Positions 21,016 through 30,297 of a stretch of DNA of 64,000 nt are shown one piece after another. Location of the stretch: assembly GCA_963735805.1 (NCBI GenBank), contig CAVTMK010000002.1, positions 96,001 through 160,000 on the forward strand, read 5' to 3'. The translations under genes and the position numbers were made by a program. Numbering within the stretch: position 1 is the first letter of the stretch; each line of letters opens with the position of its first letter. Source of the stretch: an uncultured Verrucomicrobiae bacterium. GTDB taxonomy: Bacteria > Verrucomicrobiota > Verrucomicrobiia > Chthoniobacterales > UBA10450. The notes beneath the pieces were generated by a model that made no database searches, had not been told where the DNA came from, and saw only the letters and a program-made list of their open reading frames with translations.

Positions 21016-21191
21016 TATTGGCCGGTGCGCTGGCGATAGCGCTTGGATTGGTTGGGATCCACCTTGCGCATCTTTTTTAAAAGATCCTTCGTGTCCGGCC
21101 GCGAAATGTCCGGTGAACGTGGACCGCCACCATCGCCTTGTTTTGGACCCCACGGGGCCGGTTCCACCGGCTTCTGAATGCGCTCAGGCAT
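21015..21191 (-). CDS. ubact: Ubiquitin-like/Pup-analog protein UBact (58 aa)
   Basis: Disordered protein ending RYRQRTGQ directly upstream of prcB. Confidence 0.88.
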   Translation of the reverse strand: MPERIQKPVEPAPWGPKQGDGGGPRSPDISRPDTKDLLKKMRKVDPNQSKRYRQRTGQ

Positions 21192-21367
21192 AAAAAAATC
21201 TAAGAGCAAATATTGGAAAGGCAAGCGGCGCGCCGCGTCGTGATTCGTAAGTGGTTCGACGGTTACATCGGATTTCGAATTCAACGATGGAATGCTGGAA
21301 CGATTTAACGGTGGCGAAACCGATGAGGCTTGCCAGATAAATCTGCTGATGGCAAAGTTTTGCCCCG

Positions 21368-21844
21368 ATGAAGTTCGCAGTAATTTTTTGTGCGATGTTC
21401 CTTTTCGGATTGCTTTGCGATGCATCTGCTCAAACGTCTGCGCAGAAGTCAGGCAAATCAGATGATTCCGCCGCTCAACTCGAAGCGCTGGCAAAAAAGA
21501 TTGACGACCAGAACGCGAAGATTGATGCGCTTTCTCAGGAGATCCTCAAGCTGGAACAGCAAATCGCGCACATTCGCCCGGGCGTAATGGTTGGAGAAAG
21601 TACGCCCTCGGCGACGACGTCTGTCACCACAGCCGGATCTACACCACACCTCGCAGGCACGAACACTCATATTGTCGCACGTGGTGAGACACTCACTTCC
21701 ATCGCGAAAATGTACAAGGTGACTGTGGACGAACTGCAAAACGCTAACCATATCGAAGATGGCCGTAAACTGCAGGCCGGACAAAGCATTATTATCCCGG
21801 TTGCTTCGCCGGCGGCTTCCGGTTCGCCATCACCGACAGAGTGA
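21368..21844 (+). CDS. Secreted coiled-coil LysM protein
   Basis: Signal peptide; HIVARGETLTSIAKMY...LQAGQSIIIP. Confidence 0.9.
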   Translation: MKFAVIFCAMFLFGLLCDASAQTSAQKSGKSDDSAAQLEALAKKIDDQNAKIDALSQEILKLEQQIAHIRPGVMVGESTPSATTSVTTAGSTPHLAGTNTHIVARGETLTSIAKMYKVTVDELQNANHIEDGRKLQAGQSIIIPVASPAASGSPSPTE

Positions 21845-21854
21845 TACTGGGCTC

Positions 21855-22403
21855 GTGAATCAAAGCTGGTTTCTGCGCAAGCACGAAGATGGAAGCACCT
21901 TTGGGCCGGTGCGTTTTGATCAAATCGCACGCTGGGCAACTGCGGCGCAAATCGCACCGCACGATACGCTCTCCAATGACCGACACACCTGGGTGAAAGC
22001 GCCCATGCTGCCACAGCTCGGTATGGACTGGTTAGTCGAGATTACCAGCGAGCATTATTATGGCCCGACAACGCTCGGCGCCCTCCAGGAATTTATTCGG
22101 CTCGGGGAAATCGATGGTGAAACGCTCGTCATCAATACCCGGAACGGCGCTCGTTGCAAAATTCAGGAGATGCCGCAGTTGTGGGAAAGCGGCAAAGCCG
22201 ATGCCGGGGATGCCCAAACCGAAATTCAACTTGGCGATCCCGTAGGACCAGCGGTGGCGCGAATGTCGTTTCGCCTCCAGGAACAGATTCGTGGTCTCGA
22301 ACAAAGCTTGGAGGAAGAGAGGCGCGCACTAACGGAAGCCGAACGGCGATACGCTGATCTGAAAGAAAAGTACGATGCGGTCGTCCAGCGTGTCGACCCA
22401 TAA
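21855..22403 (+). CDS. GYF_2/DUF4339-like tandem-domain protein with C-terminal coiled coil
   Basis: WFLRKHEDGSTFGP and WLVE...YYGP repeats. Confidence 0.65.
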   Translation: MNQSWFLRKHEDGSTFGPVRFDQIARWATAAQIAPHDTLSNDRHTWVKAPMLPQLGMDWLVEITSEHYYGPTTLGALQEFIRLGEIDGETLVINTRNGARCKIQEMPQLWESGKADAGDAQTEIQLGDPVGPAVARMSFRLQEQIRGLEQSLEEERRALTEAERRYADLKEKYDAVVQRVDP

Positions 22404-22486
22404 GCGTGCGATCTGCGTGTCAACGGAGTTGCACTCCGCTAAATAACGAGCAGACGAAAAGAGCCCTCACCACGGAAGCCTCGATA

Positions 22487-24298
22487 TCAGCAAACCGGCA
22501 GTTGTTCCTCTGTCTCGGTCGTCTGTGAAGCGCCAATCTCCGACGGCTGCTCGGTTTCCCGTGGCGGCGATGTTTGGAGCAAACTTTGCTGACATAGCCG
22601 CGCATATTTACCACCGAGCGCCAGCAATTGATCGTGTGTGCCGCGCTCGATGATCCTGCCATGATCGATTACCAGAATTTGGTCCGCATGCACAATCGTG
22701 GAAAGGCGATGCGCGATGACAATCGACGTGCGGTTCGCCATCAAGCGCTCCAGCGCTTCCTGGATTAAGCGTTCAGTTGCCGTGTCTACACTTGCAGTCG
22801 CTTCGTCGAGAATCAAAATCGGAGGATCCTTCAAAAGCGCACGCGCAATAGAGAGCCGTTGTTTTTCGCCGACGCTCAGTTTCACTCCACGCTCGCCCAC
22901 GACGCTTTCCAGTCCATCGGGCAAACGTTGAATAAATTGCTGGGCGTTTGCCGCAACCACTGCACGCCATAATTCACCGTCGGTCGCCTGCGGTTTTCCC
23001 ATGAGCAGGTTTTCGCGAATCGATCCATTAAACAAAAAGCTTTCCTGTGTGACTACGCCGATTGCTTCTCGCAACACATGCAGGTCATATTCGCGAATCG
23101 GTTTCGCATCGATATAGATTTGCCCAGTGGTGAATTCATAAAAACGCACGAGCAAATTCACCAGTGTCGACTTACCGGCGCCGGTTGCGCCCACCAGAGC
23201 GATAGTCGCGCCGGGCGGCGCGTGAAACGAAACATTCCTCAGCGCGGGCAATCCCTCCGCGTAACTGAAGCTCACGTTTTCGTAGCGAATGTCGCCTAGA
23301 ACTCGCCTGCCACCGCGGTCAACGCCCACGACTGCAAATCCGGGCTCCGCCGGTTCGTCGAGAATTTCAAATACGCGCTCGCCCGCCGCGCGTCCGGCTT
23401 GCACGAGTTGATTGAGCTGATGCAATCTGCCCAGAGGATCGTAGAGGAACGCAGTCAGGATTAGAAACGCGACCAGATCGCCGATTTGCATTGCACCCGT
23501 AAGCACTGCGTGACTGCCAAAGCCGAGTACCAGCAACGCGCCAATCGCTTCAAACAGCGACATCGACGGGCTGTAAATCGCCCATACCCGCATCACTACG
23601 AGTGTAGCCCGTCGCAAATGGTCGCTTACCCGATTAAACCGCGCGTGCTCCTCGTTCTCGCGTACGAAACTTTTGATCTGCCGGACGCCGGACAGATTAT
23701 CGTGCAATAGCGCGTTCATGTCTGACGAGGCCCGACGTTGCAAACGATACCGCCGATGCGCGGTTAGCGTGTACGTGAGCGTGCCGGCGATAAGCAGCGG
23801 GAATGGCGCGAGGGCGAGCATGGCGAGCTTCGCATTCAAATAAAACATCATGCCCACGACAATCAGGACCTGCAGAATGGCGACGACGCCTTGCTCGATT
23901 CCGTCGATCAAGACGCGCTCGACGGAGTTAACGTCCTCAATCACGCGCGTCATCAGATCGCCAGTGGCGCGATTGTCGAACCACCGCAAAGGCAGCAGCT
24001 GAATGTGAGAATACAAATCGCTGCGCAAATCGAAGATCACTTTTTGTTCAAACGTGTTGTTTAGGATGATGCGCAGCGCATTGAACCCGTGCTGAAAAAT
24101 AAATGCGATCCCTGCAAGAACGAGTAACGGCAGTAATTTGTCCGGCCGGTGCGCGCGTACAACGTCGTTAATGATCCATTTCGCTGTCGCAGGGAAGACA
24201 ATGACCATCAGCGTGCTCAAGACCGCGCAGCTCAATGTCCCTGCAGCCATCCAGGGATATCGCTTCAAATAAGCAAAAACGCGCCAGACAGTTCTCAT
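22487..24298 (-). CDS. ABC exporter, fused permease/ATPase (MsbA-like)
   Basis: TM domain; GATGAGKST, LSVGEKQR, ILDEAT, IAHRLST. Confidence 0.93.
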   Translation of the reverse strand: MRTVWRVFAYLKRYPWMAAGTLSCAVLSTLMVIVFPATAKWIINDVVRAHRPDKLLPLLVLAGIAFIFQHGFNALRIILNNTFEQKVIFDLRSDLYSHIQLLPLRWFDNRATGDLMTRVIEDVNSVERVLIDGIEQGVVAILQVLIVVGMMFYLNAKLAMLALAPFPLLIAGTLTYTLTAHRRYRLQRRASSDMNALLHDNLSGVRQIKSFVRENEEHARFNRVSDHLRRATLVVMRVWAIYSPSMSLFEAIGALLVLGFGSHAVLTGAMQIGDLVAFLILTAFLYDPLGRLHQLNQLVQAGRAAGERVFEILDEPAEPGFAVVGVDRGGRRVLGDIRYENVSFSYAEGLPALRNVSFHAPPGATIALVGATGAGKSTLVNLLVRFYEFTTGQIYIDAKPIREYDLHVLREAIGVVTQESFLFNGSIRENLLMGKPQATDGELWRAVVAANAQQFIQRLPDGLESVVGERGVKLSVGEKQRLSIARALLKDPPILILDEATASVDTATERLIQEALERLMANRTSIVIAHRLSTIVHADQILVIDHGRIIERGTHDQLLALGGKYARLCQQSLLQTSPPRETEQPSEIGASQTTETEEQLPVC

Positions 24299-24502
24299 TG
24301 CGCACTCAACCTCAACGCCCGCGTCATCGCGTCAAGCTAAGTACCCAGCATGCTTTGTGTGCGTGTCCTTCGATGCGCTTCGTACTGCTACTTGATACTG
24401 CTTGACCGGGCCTCTGCCATCAATTTACCTTCCAATTGCCGTGACGCGGTCGTTTCCTCTCGACGCCGCAGCAGCACACACTTTGTTAGATTGTCGAAAA
24501 GG

Positions 24503-26926
24503 GTGAACGCCCAAAGCACGTCCGCGGAGACTGAACCAGATCTTCCGCTTGAGATCGCATACTTATTGCTAATCGACGTTGTTGGTTACTCGAAATTGTT
24601 GGTCAATGAGCAGGTCGAACTGCTGCAGCAACTGAACCGGATCGTGCGGAGCACCGAATGTTTTCGCGCGGCGGAAGCAGTCGGCAAGCTCATCCGGGTG
24701 CCAACGGGCGATGGGATGGCACTTCTTTTCTTTCACAGTCCGGAGGAACCGGTGCGGTGCGCCCTCGAGATCAGCAAAGCGTTAAAGGGTCATTCGCAGA
24801 TCCAGGTACGCATGGGAGTTCACAGTGGTCCAGTCAACCCGGTGAAGGATGTTAACGACCAAACGAATATTGCTGGATCGGGGATCAATGTGGGGCAGCG
24901 GGTGCTGGACTGCGGCGATGCTGGACACATCCTTGTATCGGGTCATGTCGCAGAGGATTTGTCTCAGTATCGACATTGGCAGCCGTATCTAAGCAATCTG
25001 GGCGAGTGCCAGGTAAAGCACGGACTGCGCCTGCACGTGTTTAATCTGTGTAAAGATGGTCTCGGTAATCCGGAGGTTCCTGAGAAACTCAAGCGGCGAA
25101 GATGGACGCAGCAATCCGCCGCGATTCACCCAGTCGGTCCGTCTCGGTGGCCAAAGTTTCTATTGCCAGTCGCTCTAGCTGTGTTCGCCGTCGGGTTGGC
25201 GCTCGCCATTTCAGTCTTTCTTCGTCAGGGAACACATACTGGTAATTACTCGGACGCTACAACATCCATTGCCGAGAAAAGCGTCGCCGTGTTGCCCTTC
25301 GAAAATCTAAGTACGGATCGGGAAAACGCCTTCTTCACCGATGGTGTACAGGATGAAATCCTTACCGACCTCTCCAAAGTCGCGGACCTGAAAGTAATCA
25401 GTCGCACGAGTGTGATGCAGTACAGGAACGCCGCAGCGCGCAACCTCAGGGAGATTGCCCAGCAACTCGGCGTCGCGCACGTGTTAGAAGGAAGTGTGCA
25501 GCGTGCGGGGAACCGTGTCCGCGTAACCGCACAGCTGATTGACGCCAGGACCGACACGCATCTTTGGGCGGAACGGTACGACCGCGATCTAGCGGATGTC
25601 TTCGCCATTCAGAGTGAGATTGCCAAGAAGATCGCGGACCAGCTTCAGGCTAAAATTTCTCCCAGTGAAAAGGCGGCGATCGAGAAGGCACCTACCACCG
25701 ATCTTCTCGCATACGATCTTTATCTGCGCGCCGAGCTACTTTTCGCCGATACAACCGATCCGATTCATGCCAGGGAAAAACTGCCTCAGGCGGCGCAATT
25801 GTTAGATGAAGCGGTAACACGCGACCCGCGCTTCTTACAGGCTTGGTGCCTGCTGTCCAGAGTACATTGCGCCGCTTATTTTAGAGGTCATGACCATAGC
25901 ACGGCCCGTCTCGAGCTGGCCAATGCGGCCGTCCAAACCGCGTTGCGCCTTCAACCGGATGCCGGTGAAGCCCATCTTGCTCTGGCCATTTATTACTACA
26001 ACGGTTTTCGCGATTACCGCCGGGCCCGCAGCGAGCTCGCCTTTGCCAGACGGACATTGCCGAACAACTCCGATGTGTTCTTTTACACCGGCTTGATTGA
26101 TCGCCGCGAAGGTCGTTGGGAAGAAGCGACGCGCGACATGGAGCGCGCTCTTGAGCTGGACCCACGCAACTTCTTTATTTTACAGCAACTGGCTTTGACC
26201 TATCAGCCGCAGCGTCGGTATACCGACGAAGCTCAAACGTATGATCGTGCACTGACGATCATGCCGGCCGATCCCTATACTCGTATATCCAGAGCGTTGG
26301 TTGCCTTGGATTGGCGTGCAGACATCCAACCGTTCCAGACGACGCTGGCTACATTGATCACTGAAAATCCCAACGCTGCGCCCGATTTAGATGCTCCTCT
26401 TTATGCTCTGTGCGAGCGTACTGCGGCCGCCACTGACAGGACGCTGTCAAACTATCCGCGGGTGGGGGTCGTATACAACGGAGTCAACTACCCCCATGCA
26501 TATTGGGAGGGGGTCGTTGCTCGCTGCCAAGGCGATTCAGCCAAAGCGCGCGCTGCCTTTACCGCGGCGCGCAGAGAAGTCGCAAACACAGTGGAACAGC
26601 AGCCTGACTTCGCGGCCGCTCTTAGTGTGCTGGGCATGATCGATGCGGGCCTCGATCGTAAAGAAGAAGCACTAAAGGAAGGTCGACGCGCGTGCGAATT
26701 GTTGCCGGTCTCCAAGGATGCTATCGACGGTGCATCCCTGGCCATTAATCTGGCGCAGATTTACGCCTGGACTGGCGAGAAAGACCGCGCCATCGAGCAG
26801 ATCGCCGCCGTGGAGCGCGTCCCGAACACTCTCAGCTATGGCCTTCTGAAGCTGCATCCTTACTGGGATTCGCTGCGCGGCGATCCCCGCTTCGAAAAAA
26901 TTATCGCTTCTCTCGCGCCGCAGTGA
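24503..26926 (+). CDS. Class III nucleotidyl cyclase-like domain + TM + TolB-like + TPR protein
   Basis: LIDVVGYS, TGDG, RMGVHSGPV; SVAVLPFENLS...LKVISRTS; TPRs; ends LRGDPRFEKII. Start uncertain. Confidence 0.85.
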   Translation: MNAQSTSAETEPDLPLEIAYLLLIDVVGYSKLLVNEQVELLQQLNRIVRSTECFRAAEAVGKLIRVPTGDGMALLFFHSPEEPVRCALEISKALKGHSQIQVRMGVHSGPVNPVKDVNDQTNIAGSGINVGQRVLDCGDAGHILVSGHVAEDLSQYRHWQPYLSNLGECQVKHGLRLHVFNLCKDGLGNPEVPEKLKRRRWTQQSAAIHPVGPSRWPKFLLPVALAVFAVGLALAISVFLRQGTHTGNYSDATTSIAEKSVAVLPFENLSTDRENAFFTDGVQDEILTDLSKVADLKVISRTSVMQYRNAAARNLREIAQQLGVAHVLEGSVQRAGNRVRVTAQLIDARTDTHLWAERYDRDLADVFAIQSEIAKKIADQLQAKISPSEKAAIEKAPTTDLLAYDLYLRAELLFADTTDPIHAREKLPQAAQLLDEAVTRDPRFLQAWCLLSRVHCAAYFRGHDHSTARLELANAAVQTALRLQPDAGEAHLALAIYYYNGFRDYRRARSELAFARRTLPNNSDVFFYTGLIDRREGRWEEATRDMERALELDPRNFFILQQLALTYQPQRRYTDEAQTYDRALTIMPADPYTRISRALVALDWRADIQPFQTTLATLITENPNAAPDLDAPLYALCERTAAATDRTLSNYPRVGVVYNGVNYPHAYWEGVVARCQGDSAKARAAFTAARREVANTVEQQPDFAAALSVLGMIDAGLDRKEEALKEGRRACELLPVSKDAIDGASLAINLAQIYAWTGEKDRAIEQIAAVERVPNTLSYGLLKLHPYWDSLRGDPRFEKIIASLAPQ

Positions 26927-27986
26927 CAGGGAGACCGACTCCGGCAACGTAAAGTACCGACTCGCGGATCCCATCTATCCCCAGGTCCTTTTCGATTTGT
27001 GTGTCCTGCAGCGCCGCCGTGCAAAATGGAGCAAGCCCCAACCAGGTTGCTACCAGACAGAACGTCTGGCACAGGTGCCCCGCATCTAGGAGCACGACGC
27101 GATAAGCCCGAGGGTGGTGATACTTCCACATGGTACGCGGAAACACTGCCGTCATTAAAAATAAAGCAGCCGCTTTTCTGACGAAGTGTTGGCGTGCACA
27201 GTACAGCCATGCCTTTTCGTGTGAGGCGTTCGTGCTGATCGTCTCCAGACGGTGCGCTAACGGATGGTAGTGGTACAGACCTGCTTTCAGACCGTTGACG
27301 CGCAACGCCATTAAATACACTTCGCCCGCGTGCCGGGCACCACCCGACGGGCTGGTTTTATGAAATAACCTCCCAAACCGGGGAGAGTCCCGATAACCGG
27401 TAACACCCCAAACCAGTGAGAGAAGTTGGGATACGGTTTCAAGTGGCACTTTTTTATTCGAGAATCGCCGATAAGTCTTTCTTGCCATCAATACTCGGAC
27501 AAACTCGGAGTCTGGAAAAACGCGCTGTGGTAGCGATTTTCTTTTGGCGCCTCTGACAGTCTGGGAAAATTTAGGCTGCGGTGTCTTCGGTGCGATCGAT
27601 TTCAGCCTGCTGAGACTCCAATTAGTCCGGTCCAGGTACGGTGTATTCTTTGTGGAGAAATGGAAACTTCCTTCAGGCAGCCACGAGGCCCATGCCTGTG
27701 CGATCCGACTGTCGTGCTCTGCTTGGGGGGAGCCTTTCCGAAGGATCAGCCCATATCGGAGCAACTGAGAAAGCGCGGAACGCACACTCGCCTGGGTGTA
27801 ATCGGCAAAATGAGCGAATGTTTCCCGGGACGTTCGCCAACTGTCAAAGAACGAAAGAACTTCGCACGTAATCGGCTTCCCTAAGACGGTCAGACGTTTG
27901 GCGAAATTGTGAAAATGCAGCTGACCGTTCTGCCAGTAAACGAACAAGCACCTGGCTCGTCGTAAGGGGATCGTTTGCTCCCGCAT
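26901..27986 (-). CDS. SagB/ThcOx-family FMN dehydrogenase with N-terminal winged-helix (RRE-like) domain
   Basis: RKTYRRF, KTSPSGGARH, GLYHY, RAYRVVLLDAGHLCQTFCLVAT. Confidence 0.85.
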   Translation of the reverse strand: MREQTIPLRRARCLFVYWQNGQLHFHNFAKRLTVLGKPITCEVLSFFDSWRTSRETFAHFADYTQASVRSALSQLLRYGLILRKGSPQAEHDSRIAQAWASWLPEGSFHFSTKNTPYLDRTNWSLSRLKSIAPKTPQPKFSQTVRGAKRKSLPQRVFPDSEFVRVLMARKTYRRFSNKKVPLETVSQLLSLVWGVTGYRDSPRFGRLFHKTSPSGGARHAGEVYLMALRVNGLKAGLYHYHPLAHRLETISTNASHEKAWLYCARQHFVRKAAALFLMTAVFPRTMWKYHHPRAYRVVLLDAGHLCQTFCLVATWLGLAPFCTAALQDTQIEKDLGIDGIRESVLYVAGVGLPVTAAREKR

Positions 27987-28041
27987 TCGTTTCGATTGAC
28001 GCAATAGAGCTACAGCAAAGCACTAAACTCGTCGTACAACT

Positions 28042-28218
28042 TCACTTCACATGATGCGGATCGCCAGCGATTTGACGAAGACACTCTTCAGCCTCGCACA
28101 CCAGCTTTGAAAGATCTTTTAATGGAGCTCGCTTAGCTTTCTCAAGATCCTTCAGAGCTTTTTTTGCGAGCGCGGTAATTTTCAACTTATTTTTACAAGA
28201 TTTTATATGCTTAGGCAC
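28042..28218 (-). CDS. 58-aa basic helical peptide, candidate RiPP precursor
   Basis: AGGAGGT 7 nt upstream of GTG; MPKHIKSCKNKLKITALAKKALKDLEKAKRAPLKDLSKLVCEAEECLRQIAGDPHHVK; same strand as and upstream of the dehydrogenase. Confidence 0.65.
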   Translation of the reverse strand: MPKHIKSCKNKLKITALAKKALKDLEKAKRAPLKDLSKLVCEAEECLRQIAGDPHHVK

Positions 28219-28413
28219 GGTTGTTACCTCCTGTCCGAGCAACGAAGCTACTCTGGATATCCAGTGCTTCAGAGCTATTCTTGCAGCGTAATCGGTGAGC
28301 TAATTGAATGTCAACATCCATGCTCTTTCACTCAACAATTAATCGCCGCTTTCCATGGATCGCGCCTAACGAAACGAGTCTTGCTCTCAACGACAGTGCG
28401 CTAACCTTGCCAG

Positions 28414-28794
28414 ATGCCTAACGAACCAAATCCACTTTCCGATCGGATTCATATCGAGCAGCTCGAGATTTCTACTCGGATCGGCGTTCCGGAGAAGGAA
28501 CGTTCCACCCCCCAACGAGTAACGGTCAGTATTTCTTTCTGGCCGTATCACGACCAGCGGGACATGGCCGATAAGATCGACAACGCAGTCAATTACTCGA
28601 TTGTTGCTGAAGAAACGAAGAATTTTGTGAGGGATCAAACGACCAGTCTGATCGAGACGCTGGCCGATCGATTGGCAACGCACTTGCTGAAAACTTTCCG
28701 CATTCAAATGGTCACAGTCGAGCTGCGAAAATTTCCTTTGGAAGACGCCAAACACGTCTCTGTAACTGTAACGCGAACTGCGTCGGTGGGTTGA
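28414..28794 (+). CDS. folB: Dihydroneopterin aldolase
   Basis: DRIHIEQL, IGVPEKER..PQ, VNYS, LIETLA, VELRK. Confidence 0.88.
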   Translation: MPNEPNPLSDRIHIEQLEISTRIGVPEKERSTPQRVTVSISFWPYHDQRDMADKIDNAVNYSIVAEETKNFVRDQTTSLIETLADRLATHLLKTFRIQMVTVELRKFPLEDAKHVSVTVTRTASVG

Positions 28795-28864
28795 CAGTGC
28801 GAAAAAGAGCGATTCGATAAATCCGGCAATTGCCGCTGAGGAGACCGGCCACTACACTTCTGTC

Positions 28865-29443
28865 GTGATACAAGACAGCTGGGAAACCGTGTCGAGCGAG
28901 CCGCATTTCGCCAATGCGCATCTTCAAGTTGTGACCGACCATGTGCGAACGCCCTTGCGTTCGCTCCCACGGACTTGGACCATTGTGCACCGTAAAGCCG
29001 CCGTGATCATTGCGCCGGTGACACGGGACGACAGAATCGTTCTCATTCGCCAGGAACGCATTCCCATTCGTGTAGCAATTTGGGAAATGCCGTCGGGCCA
29101 GATTGACCGCCCCGCTCAGGAAACCGCTGAGCAAGTCGCCCTGCGCGAGCTTCGCGAAGAAGCGGGTTACGAGCTTGCCAGGGATGGCCAACTTATCGCG
29201 CTGGGTTATTACTTTACCTCACCCGGCTTCACCGACGAACGCGGTCATTTCTTTTTGGCGCGCCCGGTGGAGCGGTGCTCGAACTATGTGCCAGACGAAT
29301 CGGAATCGATTTTGGATTGCCGTGCCTTCACTATTGATGAAATTCGCCGCATGATCGCCGAGAACGAGATTTGTGATGCCAACACGCTGAGTTTGTGGAC
29401 GCGACTGTCAGCGCGCGACCTGCTTCCAGTTAAAAAGCGCTGA
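28865..29443 (+). CDS. NUDIX hydrolase (ADP-ribose pyrophosphatase-like)
   Basis: EMPSGQID...ALRELREEAG, SPGFTDE. Confidence 0.88.
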   Translation: MIQDSWETVSSEPHFANAHLQVVTDHVRTPLRSLPRTWTIVHRKAAVIIAPVTRDDRIVLIRQERIPIRVAIWEMPSGQIDRPAQETAEQVALRELREEAGYELARDGQLIALGYYFTSPGFTDERGHFFLARPVERCSNYVPDESESILDCRAFTIDEIRRMIAENEICDANTLSLWTRLSARDLLPVKKR

Positions 29444-29509
29444 TCGCTCGTAATTTGATTATTGGCGGTCGCTTCGAATTTCGGTATTCGGATTTCGGAT
29501 TTTGATCTG

Positions 29510-30292
29510 ATGACCCTGCGAGACATTTTCAAATTTCGCGAAGCGCCGACGACCGAAACGTCCAAGCCGTTCCTGGAGCACCTGGAAGACTTGCGGTGGA
29601 CGATTGTGAAGATGGCAATCACGCTCGCTGCGGCGATGATTGTTTGCTTCGCATTTCGCTCGACTCTGGTGCGGATATTGCAGGCGCCGCTACGCGATGT
29701 CGGATCGCAAATCGGAACGCTGAAAGCGCTAGGCATTACAGATTCGATCGTGATCTCGTTTCATCTGGCGTTTTACGCCGGCATCGTTCTCTCTTTTCCG
29801 CTGCTGCTTTATTTCATTGCGGAATTTGTTCTTCCTGCGCTTACCGCCGTGGAAAAGCGCTTCTTGCTTCCAGCTATAATAGTCAGCTTCGCGCTATTTC
29901 TTCTTGGTGTATCCGTCTGCTATTTTTGGTTGCTGCCCAAAACGATTCTCTTTTTCTTCCGGGACACGGAGTCGCTCGGCTGGGCGCCCACCTGGACGGT
30001 GCAACAATATTATTCGTTCGTAACGCGCTTCACGATCGGCTTCGGGTTGGCTTTCGAATTGCCGGTGGTAGTCCTGGCGCTGGTTCGATTTGGATTGATC
30101 ACCTACCGCTTCATGGCGCGTACACGACCTTACGCCTTGGTCCTGATCTTTATCCTGGCGACGATCATCACGCCCACACCAGACATCCTGACCCTGATCG
30201 CAATGGCGCTCCCGATGTGCCTGCTGTACGAAAGCTGTATCTGGATTGCATGGTTAATGGAGCGCCGCAAGGCACGATCAATTGCCGAATAA
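29510..30292 (+). CDS. tatC: Twin-arginine translocase subunit TatC
   Basis: FLEHLEDLR, FVLPAL, FELP, IITPTPD, LYE. Confidence 0.93.
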   Translation: MTLRDIFKFREAPTTETSKPFLEHLEDLRWTIVKMAITLAAAMIVCFAFRSTLVRILQAPLRDVGSQIGTLKALGITDSIVISFHLAFYAGIVLSFPLLLYFIAEFVLPALTAVEKRFLLPAIIVSFALFLLGVSVCYFWLLPKTILFFFRDTESLGWAPTWTVQQYYSFVTRFTIGFGLAFELPVVVLALVRFGLITYRFMARTRPYALVLIFILATIITPTPDILTLIAMALPMCLLYESCIWIAWLMERRKARSIAE

Positions 30293-30297
30293 TCTGC

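Noticed and set aside
21015..21494. 159-aa ORF
   Set aside because: Only the last 58 aa (UBact) are credible; the extension overlaps the LysM gene antisense.
22487..24298. ABC exporter as the dedicated RiPP transporter
   Set aside because: No C39 peptidase domain, separated from the peptide genes by the cyclase gene, and looks like a generic MsbA-type exporter. A link is unsupported.
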